The notes beneath the pieces were generated by a model. It was not told the origin of the DNA. It ran no database searches and saw nothing but the letters and a program-made list of their open reading frames with translations. Made by a program: the position numbers and the translations under genes. A stretch of 64,000 nucleotides of DNA, taken from an uncultured virus (IMG/VR IMGVR_UViG_3300032373_000005) (Duplodnaviria > Heunggongvirae > Uroviricota > Caudoviricetes). Below are positions 39,770 through 64,000 of the stretch, piece after piece (within the stretch, counting starts at the first letter, position 1; each line of letters begins with the position of its first letter). The stretch lies in the IMG/VR virus record IMGVR_UViG_3300032373_000005. One strand, 5' to 3'.

Positions 39770-40471
39770 ATGCCGCTCAATCCTGGAACATGGGTTGGAT
39801 TCTCCAGCACCGTCACCGACGCAGCCCTCACCAGCCACATCGACCAGCTCGAGGAGTGGCTCAACGGTGGCATCGTGGCGGCCGACCTGAAGACCTCCTC
39901 GTGGGTGAAGGCTCGCCACATCGACCCCGCTGACTTCTACGGCAGCCCGGCGCCGCGGTGGGAGGGCGTCTCTCGGATCGTCCACCACCGCAAGGTCGGC
40001 CCCCGCCTTGAAGATGTCGCGCTCTTTGTCGATGATGTCGCGGCGGGTCGATGGGTCACCGTCCCCGGCCTGGCTGCGCGGCTGCGCGTCCACCCGCAGG
40101 TCAACCGATCTGTCTCCATCGAGACGACGTGCAGCTTCTACGCCTACGAGGTGGGCGGCTCGGCAGCATCTGCCACCGGGAACGACGAGACCGCTACCGC
40201 GCTGTGTGCGGAGTTTGCCCTGTTCAGCAACGGCACCCAGATATCCGGCACGCTGCGCAAGCAGTATCGGGGCACCGCGGCCAACAAATTCTACGCCCGC
40301 AAGCAGCACAGCATCCAACGCCTCATTCACGGCGTGTCGGACGGAATCAACGATGTGAGCGTGAAGGTCAAGGTCTACACAGCGTCGCTCAACGGCGACC
40401 CGCAGGTCCGCGACCACAAGTTCGTCCGCGTCCAGGCCCGCAACTTCATCTCAAAGGTGCTCTACCTCTGA
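39770..40471 (+). CDS. virion structural protein
   Basis: GAGG SD; LNGGIVAADL motif. Confidence 0.6.
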   Translation: MPLNPGTWVGFSSTVTDAALTSHIDQLEEWLNGGIVAADLKTSSWVKARHIDPADFYGSPAPRWEGVSRIVHHRKVGPRLEDVALFVDDVAAGRWVTVPGLAARLRVHPQVNRSVSIETTCSFYAYEVGGSAASATGNDETATALCAEFALFSNGTQISGTLRKQYRGTAANKFYARKQHSIQRLIHGVSDGINDVSVKVKVYTASLNGDPQVRDHKFVRVQARNFISKVLYL

Positions 40472-40911
40472 GCGAGGTAGTCGCCGTCTGGTCCGTAGTA
40501 GTTGCAGTCGCAGTCGTATGGGGGCGTGTCGGAGGACTCACCTTCACCGCCCCAGTCTGGGGCTGCGAGGGTGTAGTCGGGATCGAGGGCGCAGTAGGTG
40601 GTGCAGTACGCGGCTGTGTTCGAGTCGTGCAGGCAGCGGTCGGTGAACTCGTGGTGGTCCTCGCTGACGGTGCCCGATCCGGCGGGGCCGTACAGCGCCT
40701 GGATCGCGAGCATCCCCGCCTCCACGTCTGCCTCGGCGGCAGCCACACAGCAGGCGTCCATCTCTTCGCTCGGCGAGCCTGGGATGCCCCACGCCTCGAC
40801 GCTCCAGGTCTCATCCGCTGCGCTCCAGCCGCAGCGCGTCGGGTCCGCCTCTTGAATCCCCGTGACCCCACACCCCGCCAGCGTCCCCACAATCATCATC
40901 CAAAACCGCAT
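40462..40911 (-). CDS. Cys-rich lipoprotein (moron-like)
   Basis: MRFWMMIVGTLAGC lipobox; GGAGGAGG SD; opposite strand within the late region. Confidence 0.7.
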   Translation of the reverse strand: MRFWMMIVGTLAGCGVTGIQEADPTRCGWSAADETWSVEAWGIPGSPSEEMDACCVAAAEADVEAGMLAIQALYGPAGSGTVSEDHHEFTDRCLHDSNTAAYCTTYCALDPDYTLAAPDWGGEGESSDTPPYDCDCNYYGPDGDYLAQR

Positions 40912-41190
40912 GACTCCCTCCTCCTCCAAAAGGTAGCCTGCTCCGTGGGAAGGTCGGTACTCCACGGTGGAGAAATAGCACTTCACCCCCTGCTCATCGG
41001 CATCGGTACTGTTGACGTGTCAACGACTGAGCGGTATTCGGCGTTCATTCGTGGCGGCGTTGTATATCCCCGTGATTTTGAGCACCCGCCCGACGCTGCG
41101 CATTGGAGGAGGAGCGTGCTTTAAGCTGTCATACCAGCGAAATCTGGCACACTGCCCGGCCCGCTGTGGTGGCGGGGCGCTCTGGGTAGG

Positions 41191-41646
41191 ATGGCACCAC
41201 AGCCGCTGGCGTGGCCGCCTATCGGTCTGGGTATGGGCGACTTCTCCAAAGACGACAAGCGCGAGATCGCGCAGGCTGCGGGGCACGGGGCGATCCAGCA
41301 GGGCGCGACGTTCGCCGGCCTGGGCGCCACCATCGGCTCGGTCGTGCCTGGCGTCGGCACGCTGGTCGGCGCTGGTGTCGGGTTCGCGGCCGGGTCGCTG
41401 TACGGGGCGCTTTCCAACCGCAGCCAGGCCCGTCAGCAGCTCGCGGCCGAGGACCGGCTGGAGAAGCAGACGGCGCGGCTGGACAAGCAGGCGGCCCAGG
41501 AGCAGCAGCAGATGGCGCGGCACCAGCAAGGGCTCGCGACGAAGGCATCGAGGACCGGCACACGGCGCTCGCCCGAGTCGATCTTGATGGAGGCAGCAGG
41601 AACGGGGACGAGCTTCGACTCCTGGCACACCTCTCAGTTCTTGTAA
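41191..41646 (+). CDS. putative internal virion protein with glycine zipper
   Basis: GATIGSVVPGVGTLVGAGVG plus Gln-rich coil. Confidence 0.6.
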   Translation: MAPQPLAWPPIGLGMGDFSKDDKREIAQAAGHGAIQQGATFAGLGATIGSVVPGVGTLVGAGVGFAAGSLYGALSNRSQARQQLAAEDRLEKQTARLDKQAAQEQQQMARHQQGLATKASRTGTRRSPESILMEAAGTGTSFDSWHTSQFL

Positions 41647-41657
41647 GGGAGGCACAG

Positions 41658-42569
41658 ATGGCTACGGACCCGAGCTACTTCTCGGACACATCGAACCCCT
41701 ACGGGGGACCGGGCACCAACCTCGCGCGCGACACGCGCCGGCCGTCGCAGCCCATCGACCCCACCGAGGCGCTGTACCGCGCAGCGGGGGCGAACTACCA
41801 CTCCACCGCGCTGCCGCCGACATCCGGCAAGCCCGCCATCGACGCGGGCGCCCAGCAGGCGCTCAACAAAGACCTGTGGGCCAGCGCGGGCGTCTCCGCC
41901 GGCCTGGCAGCGCTGCAGATCGGCGCCCAGGCGCTCCCGACCGCCCAGGACAAGCGCAACAAGCGGCGGCTGGCGGAACTGGAGCGCCTGGAGGCGGAGG
42001 GCAAGCTCGGCCTGAGCGGCGCGCAGCGAAGCCAGATGGAGCACACCATGCTCTCCCCGGTGCGCGCCCTGGCCACCGAGGGCCGGCAGCGCGCCGAGGC
42101 AGCGCTCGCGAGCGCTGGCAACTCCACCTCTGCTGCCGACCTCAACCGGATCCAGCGTCAGGCGGACGATCAGGCCCAGCAGATGGCGTATCAGGCCGGC
42201 AGCGCCATCTCCCAGGAGAACCTCGCCGAGGCGCGGCGGCAGCTTCAAGAGCTGGAGCAGCGCACCGCCTACAAGTCGGGCCAGCAGACCGGGCGGCGGG
42301 AAGCGGTCGCGCAGAACGTCGCCTCGCTGGCACCCGTGGTGGGCGAGGTGCTCGCCCACCGCGCTCCGCAGCAGATGGACTTCTCGCACATCGAAGACCC
42401 TGCCGCCCGCGAGCACATCATGGAGCTGTGGATGAACGCCGCAGCAGACCCCGATGTCTTCAGCCGCAACCGCCGGATCTCGGCGCTCTCTGAGATGGCG
42501 GGCTCCCTGGATCCAAGCAGGGCACCCTCCTCCTCCTCACTCAGCGGTGCAATCAAGGGCAAGGAGTGA
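41658..42569 (+). CDS. putative internal virion/ejection protein
   Basis: GGAGG SD; Ala/Gln-rich helical. Confidence 0.6.
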   Translation: MATDPSYFSDTSNPYGGPGTNLARDTRRPSQPIDPTEALYRAAGANYHSTALPPTSGKPAIDAGAQQALNKDLWASAGVSAGLAALQIGAQALPTAQDKRNKRRLAELERLEAEGKLGLSGAQRSQMEHTMLSPVRALATEGRQRAEAALASAGNSTSAADLNRIQRQADDQAQQMAYQAGSAISQENLAEARRQLQELEQRTAYKSGQQTGRREAVAQNVASLAPVVGEVLAHRAPQQMDFSHIEDPAAREHIMELWMNAAADPDVFSRNRRISALSEMAGSLDPSRAPSSSSLSGAIKGKE

Positions 42570-42572
42570 GTC

Positions 42573-44885
42573 ATGGCCGTCGTCGACACCTACTACACCC
42601 CCTACGCGAGACAGTTCAACGCTGGCCAGCCCGCGCTCGCCAGCTACTGGGCGTCGTTTGTCGGCACCCGCACCCAGCTCAACCGCGACAAGATGAAGGC
42701 GGCGATGGCGGGCGCCGACCCTGCCATGTATCAGGACCAGATCGACGGCCTGCGCTCGGCGATCATGGAGCTGGAGCAGACGCGGGCGAAGGTGGGCCGC
42801 GACCTCAACCAGGGCCTCGGCCGCCTGGCCGACTCCACGCAGCGCGGAGAGCTGGCCGCCTACAAGGCGCGCATCGACGCCCAGGGCCGCATCGCAGCGA
42901 CCAAGATCACCGCGGAGCTGGGCTACGCCGAGCTCGAGAGCGAGGAGGCGGGGCGCATCGCCGAGATCACCGCGATGCCGGGCACCTCCGAGACCGCGAT
43001 TGACAACGCCATCATCGCCGCCCTCAACGCCACCTCGGGGGCCAAGGCCCAGCAGGAGCTGCGCAAGGGGCTGACGGATGCGCTGTCGGCCGCCTCGGCG
43101 GGGCACGCAGGGCCGAAGGCTGACGCGATCCGCTACCACATGCTCAAGCAGCTACAGCTCGCCGAGGGCCAGCTCATCCAGGCCGGCGAGCAGGGCAAGC
43201 TCGTGGTGCTCACCCAGGGCGGCGGGTTCATCAAGCACCACTTCGGGTCCGACCCGGAGGGCTACATGGACGGCGTGCTCGGTGTGCGCGACGAGACTGC
43301 GCGGGAGGCGCGCCGGCAGCGCGGGCTCAGCCACGGCGTCGGCGGCGGCACCGGCGCGGGCTACGGCGGCGCGGGCGGCGGCGGGGGAGGAGGAGACCTC
43401 TCCTCTGTGCTGGCAGCCGGCGCGGCGGGCGGCGACCGCTACAGCCAGCTCGCGGGCCACCTGATGGCGGGCAGCGCCGAGACGGCGGCGGGCCTCGACG
43501 GGCGCATCGCCAAGTACGAGCGGCAGCTCGCCGGCTACGAGCAGAAGCAGGCCGACGCCATGCAGCAGCGCGGCGACATCTTCACCGCGACCACGTCCAA
43601 CCCGATGCTCGCGCCCGCCTTCACCCGGCGCCACCGCCACCAGGGCGTGATCGACACGCTTGGACAGGCGACCGGCCGGCAGATCGAGGAGGCGGCGATC
43701 ACGGTCGGCCTCGACGGCGACGGCGACCCGCGCAGGGTGCGGCCGGGCGACATCGCCCGCGGCGAGTCGAACCCTGGCAACATCGCCCCGAGCATGACCG
43801 GCGGCTGGCTGTTCTCGCACATGCACCGCGAGATGGTCGAGGGCGCGCAGAAGATTTACCAGGCCGCCGACTCCGGTGACGCCGCGATGCGAGACGAGGG
43901 ACTCGCCCAGATCAACAGCGTGGTGCGGCTGGCCCAGGTGCTGCCGCCCAGCCTGCGCCGCGAGCACACCCGCCTGCTGCGCGAGGTCGAGAAGGCGGGG
44001 CAGGCATCCGCCGCCGCTATGTTCGCCGACGACCCGCACGCCGCTGCCGACGCGGCCCACCCCGCCATGCACGCGCTGGCCAACCAGCTCGACGAGGGCG
44101 ACATCCACTTCGGCGAGATCGTCGCGGACGCCATCGACGACGCCAACGACATCGACGACGGCACCCAGAGCATGGGCGTGCTGGCGGACCTGGTGGACTT
44201 CGCCGAGGTGGCCCCGCCAGAGCTGTCGGGCGCGCTGGGGCCGGCGGTGGTCCGCAGCTTCGAGACCCGCCTCGCGGCCAACGACGGCGCCGGCATCAAG
44301 CGCGACATGGTGGCGCTGGGTCAGGTGGGTGTGCAGGGCGCGCTGGCGGTGCCCCGGCCGGCGCCGATGGAGATCCCCCGCCCGCAGACCGTCCTCAACG
44401 CTGCGAAGGCGGCAGAGGTGGAGCAGGGCCTGGTCGCTGCCGGCCACACCCTGCCCGCCCCCGGCAGCCCGCCCACCAGCCACGCATCGGTGGGTGTGCC
44501 CGCCGCCGAGGGCTCAGAGATCCCCACAGCTTCCGCGTTCACGTCCCCGGTCTCGCGCCCCCCGACCGCGCCCTCCGGAACCCCGCAGCCGCTGACGCCC
44601 ACCCCTGGCCCGGCCGCCTTTGACACCCTCGATGTCGAGGCGGTGCTGGCCAACGCCGCCCCGGCCCTGCCGCAGCCAGAGCCGCTGTACCCGACCGACA
44701 CACAGGCCCCCTCCTCCTCCAGCGCTGACGCGCTCCGCGGCGCGTTCTTCGAGCTGTCCGCCAAGGCGCAGACCGGCACCGCCAGCCCCGAAGAGGAGGA
44801 GCAGCTCGCCGAGCTTGCCGCCCAGATCGAGCAACTGCCCCCGCAGCACCGCTTCTCCGACTCCGCCCCCGCATCCCGCCGTTGA
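42573..44885 (+). CDS. putative internal virion/ejection protein
   Basis: 770 aa, Ala-rich helical, precedes the giant gene. Confidence 0.6.
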   Translation: MAVVDTYYTPYARQFNAGQPALASYWASFVGTRTQLNRDKMKAAMAGADPAMYQDQIDGLRSAIMELEQTRAKVGRDLNQGLGRLADSTQRGELAAYKARIDAQGRIAATKITAELGYAELESEEAGRIAEITAMPGTSETAIDNAIIAALNATSGAKAQQELRKGLTDALSAASAGHAGPKADAIRYHMLKQLQLAEGQLIQAGEQGKLVVLTQGGGFIKHHFGSDPEGYMDGVLGVRDETAREARRQRGLSHGVGGGTGAGYGGAGGGGGGGDLSSVLAAGAAGGDRYSQLAGHLMAGSAETAAGLDGRIAKYERQLAGYEQKQADAMQQRGDIFTATTSNPMLAPAFTRRHRHQGVIDTLGQATGRQIEEAAITVGLDGDGDPRRVRPGDIARGESNPGNIAPSMTGGWLFSHMHREMVEGAQKIYQAADSGDAAMRDEGLAQINSVVRLAQVLPPSLRREHTRLLREVEKAGQASAAAMFADDPHAAADAAHPAMHALANQLDEGDIHFGEIVADAIDDANDIDDGTQSMGVLADLVDFAEVAPPELSGALGPAVVRSFETRLAANDGAGIKRDMVALGQVGVQGALAVPRPAPMEIPRPQTVLNAAKAAEVEQGLVAAGHTLPAPGSPPTSHASVGVPAAEGSEIPTASAFTSPVSRPPTAPSGTPQPLTPTPGPAAFDTLDVEAVLANAAPALPQPEPLYPTDTQAPSSSSADALRGAFFELSAKAQTGTASPEEEEQLAELAAQIEQLPPQHRFSDSAPASRR

Positions 44886-44897
44886 GGTCTCCCGCCG

Positions 44898-63154
<18,257 letters not shown>

Positions 63155-63158
<4 letters not shown>

Positions 63159-64000
63159 AACGCCGCCGAGACCGCGCCGTGCGGGTCGTCGATCACAGAC
63201 AGCTTGCGACGGTAGCGTTTGAGCTCCAGCCGCGGCGCCCTGGGCAGGGTGCGGCGGTTGTACTCGGCGAGGACCAGCGCGTCGGCGTGGTCGTCTTTGG
63301 TGTCGTCGCGGTCGCCGCTCCCCTCTTGGGGGTTGGAGATCCGGCCGTTGACCTCGCGGATGCGTGACAGCTCGCGCAGCACCTGAAGGTCTGGGATCTC
63401 CAGGGCGTCCCCGTTGATCATCTGGCGGGCGTGGCTGTAAGCGTCCGTCTTCGTCCCGCGGCTGGTGTGCCAGTCCTTGCCGGTGTCCGGGTCGACCCAC
63501 AGCCGACAGCGCTCTTTGCGCAGGTAGCGGATGACGTTGTGGCCGCCGCCGCCCTTGTTGGACTCGCAGAGGATGCGGGCGCGGTTGTAGTAGCCGGCGA
63601 TCCGCGACAGCCGCTTCGCGAACCCGATCTCGCCGTCTGGATGACTCTTCATGCTCAGCACAGCGCACAGCCGCCCGCGCTCGTCGAGGACGACAGCGGC
63701 GGCGTAGTGCCCGCCGTTGCACCAAGAGGGGTCGGCGCCGATGGCGTAGGCCATGCCCGGCGTGGGCTTGCGGTAGATCCGCAGCAGCCCCTTCTTCGAG
63801 ACGTTCTTGTAGACGCCGATCTGGGTGTTGAGCCACCCGACATCGAACCAGCCGCCCTCGAAGGAGAGGAACCCCTCCTCCATCGTGGTCGGGTAGAACT
63901 TCCTGAATTTTGCGAGCCCGACGCCCTCTGGCCCGTAGATTTTCCAGTGTCGCCAGTAGAGCTGGGCCTTGTCGAGCTTCCAGATCCGCCCGTACTCGAC
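63155..64000 (-). CDS. terL: terminase large subunit, C-terminal nuclease part (5' end outside the window)
   Basis: Frame open to the window edge; QLYWR, FYPTT.EE.F, YAIGADPS, CESN, DDHADAL. Confidence 0.8.

Overview
This is a high-GC, probably temperate, podovirus-type phage or prophage segment. The left arm (1-9.6 kb, minus strand) is a translationally coupled run of small genes that includes a two-frame C5 DNA methyltransferase and a minimal PolX. A repressor/Cro switch with four matching operators sits at 9.6-10.5 kb. The rightward arm carries a replication initiator with iterons, DnaB helicase, SLOG, PAPS-reductase-family, RuvC-like and sigma70-like genes. These are followed by portal, Tad2/DUF2829, capsid, tail/nozzle and ejection-type genes, a 6086-aa polyvalent protein, and a convergent terminase large subunit cut by the window edge. 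Three observations stand out. (1) Three small genes are overprinted in the +1 frame inside the giant gene, each directly behind a putative effector module (glycosylase-like, GNAT-like, JAB-like), suggesting nested immunity or partner genes. (2) About 40 copies of a frame-independent (AAGA..)CCTCCTCCTCC motif are dispersed through the window. (3) Some gene junctions share near-identical sequence cassettes. All family calls come from motif recognition by eye; no database search was run.
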